Origin: an uncultured archaeon
Lineage (GTDB): Archaea > Asgardarchaeota > Lokiarchaeia > Sigyniarchaeales > SOKP01
Reading direction: 5' to 3'
Assembly (NCBI GenBank): GCA_964493715.1
Contig: CAZBPC010000005.1
Coordinates: forward strand, 1-64,000
DNA length: 64,000 bases
A model generated the notes under the pieces. The model saw nothing but the letters and a program-made list of their open reading frames with translations. It was not told where the DNA came from and ran no database searches. Shown here piece after piece: positions 49,768 through 58,710 of this stretch. Position 1 is the first letter of the stretch. Every line of letters begins with the position of its first letter. Position numbers and translations under genes: made by a program.

Positions 49768-49850
49768 TTCCAGTTATTGTTTTTATTAAGTTTTAAGAAG
49801 TAAGAAAAATAAATTACGTAAAAACTTTACTAAAAATTGTTCAATATATC

Positions 49851-49876
49851 AATCAATCAATAAGTATTGATTGATT
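49851..49876. promoter_or_regulatory. Perfect 12-bp inverted repeat AATCAATCAATA-AG-TATTGATTGATT
   Basis: Lies between the DUF47 stop and the ATP synthase operon start. Confidence 0.55.
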
Positions 49877-49884
49877 AGGACAAA

Positions 49885-50520
49885 TCAATGGTACAATAAA
49901 ACACGAATTAGATCGGCTATATCATGTATTCGATCTGCTAGTTGTTCCAATAATACTATACTATCTCTCAACCTTAACAAAGATCTAATATTAATTTCCT
50001 CATTAGAATACAAATATTCTAAGAATTTTCTATAGATTCTATCAATTTCATTTTCCAATTCGTGTATCTCTGTCGTATTATTGAATACTGCTGTTTTATT
50101 ATCCCTTAAGTTCTTAATAGTGGTTTTTAAAACATCAGTCATCTGAATTATTATATTAATTAGATTATGATATTTTTTACTGACTTCCTTCTTTATTTTT
50201 TGGCTTAACTCTATTTTAGGCAACATATCTACAAATTCTAGTGGATAGTCAATTACAGCATCCATCTTTAATATTAAATCAATATAATCACCGTAGCCAG
50301 CTCCGACTTCAGAATATCCTTGTATTATTTGAATTTTTATTTCATCTGCTTCTTCTTCAAGCATCTGCATTTTATTTCTTTTCTTTTCAAGATTCTTATC
50401 TTGATCTTCAGTCCAAAAATTATAATATACAGCCATATCGCTAATTACATTATATATGATACGAGAATGTTCAATCAGTAAAGAAATTATTTCTTCTTTT
50501 ATTTTGCTATTTATTGCCAT
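49885..50520 (-). CDS. DUF47 / PhoU-like phosphate transport regulator
   Basis: LEEEADEIK, IHELENEIDRIYR, LEQLADRIHDIAD. Confidence 0.85.
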   Translation of the reverse strand: MAINSKIKEEIISLLIEHSRIIYNVISDMAVYYNFWTEDQDKNLEKKRNKMQMLEEEADEIKIQIIQGYSEVGAGYGDYIDLILKMDAVIDYPLEFVDMLPKIELSQKIKKEVSKKYHNLINIIIQMTDVLKTTIKNLRDNKTAVFNNTTEIHELENEIDRIYRKFLEYLYSNEEINIRSLLRLRDSIVLLEQLADRIHDIADLIRVLLYH

Positions 50521-50712
50521 TTATAGATTCCCTACACTTTTATAATCAATGAATAATATCTATGAATAATATATGATTATGTAAATAAAAATCATCAGTT
50601 TTCAAAATAAAGTATTTATTATCAAAAAAAATTATTAACTGATATGATTTCGTGAATTTAAAAATATACTTTTCATTTAATTTTTCTGTGAGTATAGGTG
50701 TTATATTAAATA

Positions 50713-51453
50713 ATGGGATTAAAAGATGTAAGGAAAAAATGGAAAAAATTCGCAATTATGTCAGATCTTGGAATCATAGTTCGCCGAAAATTTTTCAATA
50801 ATTGTTTTGATGGTGCTCTAACTTGTGCGGGGATAGTAAGTGGTCTTTTTATTGTATTTCTACATCCAGATGAAGTAAGGAACACTCCAAGCACAGTAAT
50901 TATCTATGGTTTTGCTACGGCTTTGGCTATTGGAATTAGTGGACTATGGGGAGCTTTTCTTTCTGAAGAAGCAGAACGGAAAAAAAAAATGGCAGATTTA
51001 AGAAAAGACATGGTAATACTTGAAGAAAATAAGAATTTGAAATCTATAGAAAATGATTTCATTGAAGAGCAAGAATTAAAAGACATCCAAAAGGCGATGA
51101 TAATTCCTATAAAAGGAAAAATCTCATTTATAAGAGAAAAGTTATCTAGTGAAAAAAAGAAGAAAGAAAAACCGATAATCCAACAAGCAGAGGATTTTGC
51201 AACTTGGATTGCATCCTTGGTTGATGGCTTTGCCCCCGTGTTAGGATCCTCTCTCCCTTTGATCCCCTTTTTTTTTGGTACCACATTGACATTCTTTCAC
51301 TTCATATTTTCTTATGTAATATTAGCAGGGTTACTCATTTATCTAGGAATTTTCCTTGGAAACATCTCAGAAGGAGGTAAAATAAAGTATTCAATTCATT
51401 TAATTACTGCAGGGGTTGTAACACTTCTAGTATCTCTTCTTTTGGGTATCTAA
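50713..51453 (+). CDS. VIT1/CCC1-family metal transporter-like protein
   Basis: NNCFDGALT, ISGLWGAFLSEEAE, PLIPF. Confidence 0.8.
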   Translation: MGLKDVRKKWKKFAIMSDLGIIVRRKFFNNCFDGALTCAGIVSGLFIVFLHPDEVRNTPSTVIIYGFATALAIGISGLWGAFLSEEAERKKKMADLRKDMVILEENKNLKSIENDFIEEQELKDIQKAMIIPIKGKISFIREKLSSEKKKKEKPIIQQAEDFATWIASLVDGFAPVLGSSLPLIPFFFGTTLTFFHFIFSYVILAGLLIYLGIFLGNISEGGKIKYSIHLITAGVVTLLVSLLLGI

Positions 51454-51542
51454 TCTATCTTAAAAATATCAATTTATAGCAACGCAAATTTAATATTTTC
51501 TGAACTATTTTTTTCTTTACAATTCATATAAGAGCATTCAAA

Positions 51543-52325
51543 ATGGTAACTTTTATTGGAATCGATATAGGAAGCCTTGCTACAAAAATTGCTTTATTCA
51601 TTGAAGGCAAATTAGTTGATCATCGTACTGAACGTTCAACATATAATTTTAAAAAAATAGGCCATGATTTATTTGATGAGATTCTTAACAAGCATAATCT
51701 AAAAAGATCTGACGTATATGTCATGAGCACTGGATATGGTAGAAATACTATTGATATTGCTAATGATAGAGTCACAGAAATTACTGCTCATGCTAAGGGG
51801 ATTCAATATTTCTTTCCGGATGCCCATTCAGTAATCGATATTGGAGGTCAGGATAGCAAGGCTATTTTAATTTCCTCCAAAACTGGTAAAGTTGTTGATT
51901 TTCAGATGAATGATAAGTGTGCTGCTGGTACGGGGAGATTCTTGGAAGTAATGGCTCGCGCATTAGAAGTTCCTATTGAAGATTTTGGTTCACTTGCATT
52001 AAAGTCAAATAAACCGGCGTCTATTAGTTCAACTTGTACCGTATTTGCGGAAAGTGAAGTAATAAGTTTATTTGCTAGAGGTGCATCAAAGGAAGATATT
52101 GCCAGCGGGATTCATAAATCAATTGCAAAAAGAGTTGCAGGAATGGCAAAGAGGATTGGAGTTGAACCTAAACTTGTATTTTGCGGTGGTGTTGCTTTAA
52201 ATAGCGCAGTTAAAAAGTATTTAGAAGAGGAACTCGGATACGAAATAGTTATACCAGAATTTCCACAATTAACTGGAGCGATTGGAGCAGCTTTAATTGC
52301 TCAAGAAAATAGCGCTAATTCATAG
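51543..52325 (+). CDS. 2-hydroxyacyl-CoA dehydratase activase (HgdC/HadI-type ASKHA ATPase)
   Basis: GIDIGS, TGYGR, IDIGGQDSK, MNDKCAAGTG, STCTVFAESE. Confidence 0.95.
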   Translation: MVTFIGIDIGSLATKIALFIEGKLVDHRTERSTYNFKKIGHDLFDEILNKHNLKRSDVYVMSTGYGRNTIDIANDRVTEITAHAKGIQYFFPDAHSVIDIGGQDSKAILISSKTGKVVDFQMNDKCAAGTGRFLEVMARALEVPIEDFGSLALKSNKPASISSTCTVFAESEVISLFARGASKEDIASGIHKSIAKRVAGMAKRIGVEPKLVFCGGVALNSAVKKYLEEELGYEIVIPEFPQLTGAIGAALIAQENSANS

Positions 52326-52434
52326 GGCTTTTTAAAACTCTTTTTAATACATTTGTTTATATTTATGATCGGTAAAATTTTATAAAGAATTAAGTCTTTC
52401 TTGATTAAAATTCAAATTTGACGGCTAATTAAAC

Positions 52435-53574
52435 ATGGATGTTATGACTCTTTTATCTGATTTTTCATTAGTTTTACAAGAAAAAAAACAAACTGGTGCT
52501 AAAATTGCAGCGTTTTTGACTCATGATAATATTCCCGAAGAGATGATGGATGCATGTGGTATCTTTCCTTTAAGAATGATATTTGGTGGAAATGAGGAGT
52601 TAATGAATGCCAGCCATGATTATTTACCTCCCTCAACGTGCGCCTTTGCTCAATCCAGTATTGGTCTTTTTTCTGTAAAACCTTCTAAATATCAGTTTCT
52701 AGATTTGGTCGACTACTTTATAGTATCTAACCATTGCGTTAGTGATATAACCGCTTCGGAAGTAATTACTAAATATTTCAATATACCACGATTAAACTTT
52801 TATGTTTCTTATACGAAAAACGACAATAGTGAAAAATATTTTAGGTTAGAATTAGAAGATTTCAAGCGACAACTTGAAGATATTACAAAATCTAAACTGA
52901 CAAATGATAAATTATATGCAAGTATAAGAAAATATAATAATTTTAAACAGAAATTATATGAGTTAAATTCTTTAAATTTAATCGGTTCAAAGAAATTGCA
53001 AATCATCCAAGAAGCGATGTTATTTGGACCCTCTTATTATGATAGACTAACCGATTTCATTGAAAGAAATAGAGAAAAACAGATTAATCAAGTAAATAAA
53101 TTTAAGAATGTAATTTTGACTGGTTGCTCGGTATTCATTAATGATTATTTAGTTGACTTGATTGAGGATGCTGGGGGAAATGTGTGTTTCTTTGACACAT
53201 GGATTGGAAATCATTATTATTCTCAGGTTTTTAGTGAAGATGAATTAAATTCGGACCTAAATCCATATGATTTATTAGTTCAGAGATATAAAAAGAATAC
53301 GCTTAGTGACCATTCAGTTCCAAACTTCTTGGATAATAAAATTGCTCAATTAATAAAAATAAATAATTCTCAAAAAAAGAAAACTAATAAAAATGTCGGA
53401 GTAATAAATCATATCATTAAATTTTGCGATCATTTTTCAATGCTTTCATCATATTTTAAAGAAAAATTACAAAAAGAAGGAATTACGGTGTTAAATTTAG
53501 AAAGAGATTATTCTGGATCCAATAGAGGTCAATTATCGACTAGAATCGAAGCATACTTGGAGTTATTAGAATAA
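52435..53574 (+). CDS. 2-hydroxyacyl-CoA dehydratase subunit (beta-type)
   Basis: PEEMMDACG, STC, NHC, KFCD, GQLSTRIEAYLE. Confidence 0.85.
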   Translation: MDVMTLLSDFSLVLQEKKQTGAKIAAFLTHDNIPEEMMDACGIFPLRMIFGGNEELMNASHDYLPPSTCAFAQSSIGLFSVKPSKYQFLDLVDYFIVSNHCVSDITASEVITKYFNIPRLNFYVSYTKNDNSEKYFRLELEDFKRQLEDITKSKLTNDKLYASIRKYNNFKQKLYELNSLNLIGSKKLQIIQEAMLFGPSYYDRLTDFIERNREKQINQVNKFKNVILTGCSVFINDYLVDLIEDAGGNVCFFDTWIGNHYYSQVFSEDELNSDLNPYDLLVQRYKKNTLSDHSVPNFLDNKIAQLIKINNSQKKKTNKNVGVINHIIKFCDHFSMLSSYFKEKLQKEGITVLNLERDYSGSNRGQLSTRIEAYLELLE

Positions 53575-54932
53575 TGAGTTTATATGCAGATGAAATTATC
53601 AGGTTTTCTTCCGTTTTAAAGATGTCTTATAATTTAATCGCTGGAAGAGATGAATTAAAAAGGATGAAATTAAGAGGAAAAAAACATCTTATTTCAGTTG
53701 CATTACCATTTTCTGACCTATTATTTGGCTTTCCGAACCTCGTTCCTGTGTTTCCCATAAGGATGGAAGTTTTCAAAGTAAGTAAATATCTATCATATTT
53801 AGGCTCAGCCTCTAGTATTTTTGGTTGGGACAATGTTTCAAAAATTTTAGGTTTTGTAAAAAACGCCGGGATTAAAGAAGTCAGTAAGGTTATTGATGAC
53901 ATAATCGAGGGTGTAATAGAAACATTAAATGAAAAGTATAATGAGATGTATGATATTGGAGTAGAAAGAGGGATATCGAGTGATTTCTGCTTTGCTTTAA
54001 AAACTTTAGTGGGGATGCATGTTTCGAAAATGAAAAATGTAGACGCTACAATAAATTATTCTATAAGATGTAGTGCGTGGAATAAGTATTTAGAGTCTTT
54101 AAAAAGCATAAATAATGAAGTCAAACAAATTTGGTTAGATATTCCTCCAAGAAATATTGGAAATGCCATAGAGTTGCTTGAGGATAATATTAGACATGCT
54201 ATAACTGATCTTGAGGATATAAGTGGTAACTCATTCAATGATAATCAGTTAAGAGAACATTTTAAAGTGGCAAATCAAATTCACAGAGATTACAAAATTA
54301 TAATTTATGAAATTGGATCTTCAAATTTCTATCCATGCAATCCAGCTACCTTCAGTGAAATTTTAGCTCTGCTTAGTATTAGTTTTCAAGATTATAATTC
54401 GAACCCTAAAAGATACGCTCAAAACATTCATCAAATGGTAGATGAGATGAGAGAACGAATTAAAAAGGGCATCGGTATGGATGTTTCAAAGTACAAAAAA
54501 ATAATGGTTACACCCATGTTCGGGGGTTGGGAGCCCAAGACTCACGAGATAATCTATAATCTTGGAGGTAGAGCTATTTATGCCGATTGGGATGTTTTTA
54601 AATTCCTTGATGATATCCCTATTTCAAGTAGATCTGATCCCATAGAAGCTTATGCATATTTCTTATCAGATATTACCGAAAATGGAATTGGTTGCGACAA
54701 TAACGTTTTAACAAATTCATACATGCGAGTAGCTAAAAATTTGAATGCTGATGGTTTAGTTTTTAATTCACTATTCGGTTGTCATTCTGTATCTAACTGT
54801 TATGCAATGTTAAAAGACAAAATACGACGAGATTTGGAAATTCCATCCATATCATTGACGTTTAATAGGATTGGTGATAATATTGAGCAAGTAAACACCC
54901 GACTTGGTGCTTTTATGGAAATGTTCAAGTAA
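53574..54932 (+). CDS. 2-hydroxyacyl-CoA dehydratase subunit (alpha-type), copy 1
   Basis: SDFC, IRC, FGCHS, TRLGAFMEM; overlaps the previous stop (TAATG). Confidence 0.8.
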   Translation: MSLYADEIIRFSSVLKMSYNLIAGRDELKRMKLRGKKHLISVALPFSDLLFGFPNLVPVFPIRMEVFKVSKYLSYLGSASSIFGWDNVSKILGFVKNAGIKEVSKVIDDIIEGVIETLNEKYNEMYDIGVERGISSDFCFALKTLVGMHVSKMKNVDATINYSIRCSAWNKYLESLKSINNEVKQIWLDIPPRNIGNAIELLEDNIRHAITDLEDISGNSFNDNQLREHFKVANQIHRDYKIIIYEIGSSNFYPCNPATFSEILALLSISFQDYNSNPKRYAQNIHQMVDEMRERIKKGIGMDVSKYKKIMVTPMFGGWEPKTHEIIYNLGGRAIYADWDVFKFLDDIPISSRSDPIEAYAYFLSDITENGIGCDNNVLTNSYMRVAKNLNADGLVFNSLFGCHSVSNCYAMLKDKIRRDLEIPSISLTFNRIGDNIEQVNTRLGAFMEMFK

Positions 54933-55044
54933 TAAAAATAATAATCCTAATATAGCTTTATATATATAGAAAATTTTTCAATTAGTAATAAATTATAAAT
55001 CAAAAAAAGGATATTCTTAAAACGTACTTGGAGTCTACAGAATA

Positions 55045-56397
55045 ATGAGCATCTATGCTGACGATGTAATCAGTTTTGCATCTGTATTAAAAATGTCCTA
55101 TAATTTTTTAACTGGAAAAGATTATTTAAAAAGAAAAAAAACGCGGGAACGAAAAAAGTTAATATCTGTAGCTTTAGGTTTTCCAGATCTCGTGTTTGCA
55201 GCAGGGGCTATTCCTGTTTTTCCAATAAGAATGGAAACTTTCAAATTAAATACTGTTTTGTTAGCACTTAACTCCGCAACTAGTGTTTTGGGTTGGGATT
55301 TGACATCAAAAGCCTTGGATCTTGCCCGGCAATTTGATATTCTTAAGATCGTAGATAAGATCCTCGAAGAAGTTATTACTTCCATTAATCATAAATATAA
55401 CACCATGTATGATTTGGGAGTTAAAACTGGTGTTCCTTCTGATTTATGTTATGGCGTTAATGCACTTTATGGAATGCATATATCAAAGGGAAAGAATGTA
55501 GATGGGAATCTAAATTTTGCCATGCGTTGCGGGGAATGGAATAAGTTTTCTGAATCACTTAAATCCACTGATTCCCCTCAAATATGGGTTGATATTCCTC
55601 CAAAGGATTTGGGAACCACAAATGAAGCATTAGAAATGATGGTCAATAATATAAACAAAGCAATTAAAAAATTAGAAAATATAACTGGAAACTTAGTCAC
55701 TGAAGAAAGTTTGAAAAAGCAATTTCGAATAGGAAACCAAGTGAAGCGATTCTACAAAACAATTTTATATGAAATTAGTACTTCTGATTTCTATCCTTGC
55801 AATCCTGCAACATTAGCAGAAATTTTGGCTTTATTAACGATCTCCTTTCAAGATTATAACTCAAATGCTCAAAGGTATCTTGATAATATCGGGCATTTAG
55901 TCAAAGAAATGCGAATGCGAATCCAAAAAAAGAACGGTACTGATGTATCTGGAATGCCTCGATTACTCTTCACTCCTATCTTCTCAGGTTTTGAGCCTAT
56001 GGTTCATGAGATGGTATATAATTTAGGAGGTCGTATTATCTATGCAGATTGGGATATTTTTGGCTTACTAGAAGAAATTCCTGTATCATCAAAGCTGGAT
56101 CCAATAGAAACTTATGCTAAATTTCTTTTAAATGCTTCAAATAAGGGATTGGGATGTGATAAAGATGCCTTAACTCAATCTTATTTAAAAGCTGCTAAAG
56201 ATTTAAAGATTGATGGTGTAATTTTTAATCAAGTTTCGGGTTGTCATTCAATTTCAAATGTATATAACTCTATAATGGAAAAATTTAATGATGATCTTGA
56301 AATTCCCGCAATTGTAATAAAATTTAAAAAGATAGGGGAAGATTTAGATGAAGTAAAAGGAAAGTTGGCTAATTTTATGAATAAATTTATTCGTTAA
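55045..56397 (+). CDS. 2-hydroxyacyl-CoA dehydratase subunit (alpha-type), copy 2
   Basis: Collinear paralog of copy 1: SDLC, MRC, SGCHS, FYPCNPAT. Confidence 0.8.
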   Translation: MSIYADDVISFASVLKMSYNFLTGKDYLKRKKTRERKKLISVALGFPDLVFAAGAIPVFPIRMETFKLNTVLLALNSATSVLGWDLTSKALDLARQFDILKIVDKILEEVITSINHKYNTMYDLGVKTGVPSDLCYGVNALYGMHISKGKNVDGNLNFAMRCGEWNKFSESLKSTDSPQIWVDIPPKDLGTTNEALEMMVNNINKAIKKLENITGNLVTEESLKKQFRIGNQVKRFYKTILYEISTSDFYPCNPATLAEILALLTISFQDYNSNAQRYLDNIGHLVKEMRMRIQKKNGTDVSGMPRLLFTPIFSGFEPMVHEMVYNLGGRIIYADWDIFGLLEEIPVSSKLDPIETYAKFLLNASNKGLGCDKDALTQSYLKAAKDLKIDGVIFNQVSGCHSISNVYNSIMEKFNDDLEIPAIVIKFKKIGEDLDEVKGKLANFMNKFIR

Positions 56398-56432
56398 AAG
56401 AAAAAATATTGAAATAAATACCAAAAATTTGC

Positions 56433-57011
56433 TTATTTAAATAAATCCGAAGGTCTCATAAGATGAGGTTCATCTTCATCATCCTTTTTCTTCTTCTTTG
56501 GAACATAACCATACACTTCTTGTTCTTGAGACGGGGTTGCTGCTGATGCGGGAGTAGGATTATTTAAATTAATCCCAGCTGTTATTGGCTCAGGTTTTTG
56601 GGTCCCAGGGATAACCTGAGTTGCTTGTATTTCGGGAGTTATAGTGGTAGATTTTAAGAATTTCAATTCACTAAGCACTTTCTCTAAATTCATTGATTGA
56701 ACGCTCCGATTCATAGTTTCCATTATCTCTTTTAGTGATTTTGACGTTTCGCGAAGTCCTTTTGGGTTAATCCCCGTTAATAACGAATCTAAATTATCAT
56801 TTATGTTTTCATTTAATTCTCCTAAGGATTCCAATACAGTAGACCAATGTTTATTCATCTGAGATTCGATAGCACTAATCATCTTGATCGTTTCGTTCAT
56901 AAAATTCACATGGGCTTCATATCTTTCCTCATCTTTAGCACGTAAATCAGAAATAAGCATAATAAGTTGGCGTAAAGCATCTTTTTCTTCTTCAGTACTC
57001 ATTTTAACCAC
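56433..57011 (-). CDS. Hypothetical helical protein with Pro/Thr-rich tail
   Basis: Helical N-terminal 120 aa, low-complexity linker, C-terminal KKKKKDDEDE...RPSDLFK. Confidence 0.7.
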   Translation of the reverse strand: MVKMSTEEEKDALRQLIMLISDLRAKDEERYEAHVNFMNETIKMISAIESQMNKHWSTVLESLGELNENINDNLDSLLTGINPKGLRETSKSLKEIMETMNRSVQSMNLEKVLSELKFLKSTTITPEIQATQVIPGTQKPEPITAGINLNNPTPASAATPSQEQEVYGYVPKKKKKDDEDEPHLMRPSDLFK

Positions 57012-57209
57012 TTTTTTTCATAATAATATCTTAATATCCTATTATACATATGATTATTTTGAAATTTATATATATTCATTTTATTGCCTAACTTAGAAGC
57101 CTATCTTGAAATAAGAATAATTTAAAAAGAAGAAAGGAAACTAGTATGCTTCAGTTTATTAAGAAAGTCAGATAAATATTAATCATTAATAAAAATCAAG
57201 TGCGAACTC

Positions 57210-58700
57210 ATGACAAATGGAAATTTAATTTGGTCCAAAAATCCAAAAATATATGAGATAAATACTTGGTCGTGGCTAAATAAACTCTCTGATATATATG
57301 GTCATAACATCAATTTAGAAAATATACCTGTTGATATTATAGATAAAGTACTAAGTAAATTTGATGCCGTTTGGACAATGGGCGCATGGGAAAGGAGTCC
57401 AAAAGGAAGGGAAATAGCAATTAATCATGAAGGATTGCAAGAAGAGTATAGAAAAGCTTTAAGATATTTTAACACGGAAGATGTGGTTGGTTCACCCTAT
57501 TCAATATTTTATTATCATATTGATTCACATTTAGGAGGAACAAAAGGGATGGAATCCTTCCGAAACGATTTAAAGCAACGAGGAATTCAATTAATTCTTG
57601 ATTATGTCCCAAATCATGTAGCCATTGATCATATATGGACATTAGAAAAATCCGATCTATTCATTAGTGGAACACTTCAAGATTTAATGACAAAACCTTA
57701 CGAATATTTCTCTATTGGAAAAAAAGTTTACGCTTATGGTCGAGACCCTAATTTTCCACCATGGACAGATACTGTACAGATAAATGCTTTCTCAGAAGAG
57801 GCACGCACGAAAGCTATAAGTACGTTATTATCAATTGCAGAACAATGCGATGGAGTTAGATGTGATATGGCAATGTTGGTGACAAACGAGGTTTTTAGTA
57901 AAACATGGGCTGAAAAAGTTGGTGATATTCCTAAAATTGATTTTTGGGAAGAAGTGATTCCCAAAATAAAGGAAAAATATCCTGATTTCTTATTTATTGC
58001 TGAAGTGTATTGGGATATGGAATGGAAATTGCAGCAACAAGGATTTGATTATTGTTATGATAAACCATTATATGACCGATTAAGGAATGATAATGCTCAA
58101 AAAGTAATTTCCCATATTCAAGCAGAATGTGATTATCAAATTAAGTTATTACGATACATCGAAAATCATGATGAGGGAAGAGCGGTTAATGTTTTTGGTG
58201 AAGAAGCATCATTAGCAGCAGCAGTAATAATCATGACTTTGCCTGGAGCTTGTCTTATCTATGAAGGTCAAATGGATGGGAATGAAATAAAATTACCCAT
58301 CCAATTAGGAAAAAATCCAATGGAAACACCCAACTTAAAAATATCCGTATTTTACGATAAGCTCCTTAATATTATCTCCTTCATTGAGAAGGATAAAGCT
58401 AAATGGTCCATTTGTGAAGTAACTCAAATCGAACATGAAGATTCTTCGTTTAACAATATTATTTCTTATGTTTGGGAGACAAATCAAAAGACTTTCTTGA
58501 TAATTGTTAATTATAGCATAAATCCCGCTAAAGCTCATATTAAAATAAAAGATAAAAAATATGGGTCTTCACAATGGAGCTTTAAGGATCTCATCATAGA
58601 TGAAGAATTTCAATATTTAGGAAAAGATTTGGATGAATACGGATTATTCATTCAATTAAATCCATGGAAATCCCATATTTTTCAAGTAAAAGAAGTCTAG
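57210..58700 (+). CDS. GH13 alpha-amylase-family protein
   Basis: IYEINT, DYVPNH, RCDMAM, IAEVYW, ENHDE. Confidence 0.9.
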   Translation: MTNGNLIWSKNPKIYEINTWSWLNKLSDIYGHNINLENIPVDIIDKVLSKFDAVWTMGAWERSPKGREIAINHEGLQEEYRKALRYFNTEDVVGSPYSIFYYHIDSHLGGTKGMESFRNDLKQRGIQLILDYVPNHVAIDHIWTLEKSDLFISGTLQDLMTKPYEYFSIGKKVYAYGRDPNFPPWTDTVQINAFSEEARTKAISTLLSIAEQCDGVRCDMAMLVTNEVFSKTWAEKVGDIPKIDFWEEVIPKIKEKYPDFLFIAEVYWDMEWKLQQQGFDYCYDKPLYDRLRNDNAQKVISHIQAECDYQIKLLRYIENHDEGRAVNVFGEEASLAAAVIIMTLPGACLIYEGQMDGNEIKLPIQLGKNPMETPNLKISVFYDKLLNIISFIEKDKAKWSICEVTQIEHEDSSFNNIISYVWETNQKTFLIIVNYSINPAKAHIKIKDKKYGSSQWSFKDLIIDEEFQYLGKDLDEYGLFIQLNPWKSHIFQVKEV

Positions 58701-58710
58701 AAACGCGATA

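Noticed and set aside
3422-58538. Numerous 60-126 aa ORFs nested in or antisense to long genes (for example 15703-16053, 27744-28082, 44650-44961, 50904-51284)
   Set aside because: Shadow frames with Ser/Ile/Phe-rich composition typical of the antisense strand of AT-rich coding DNA
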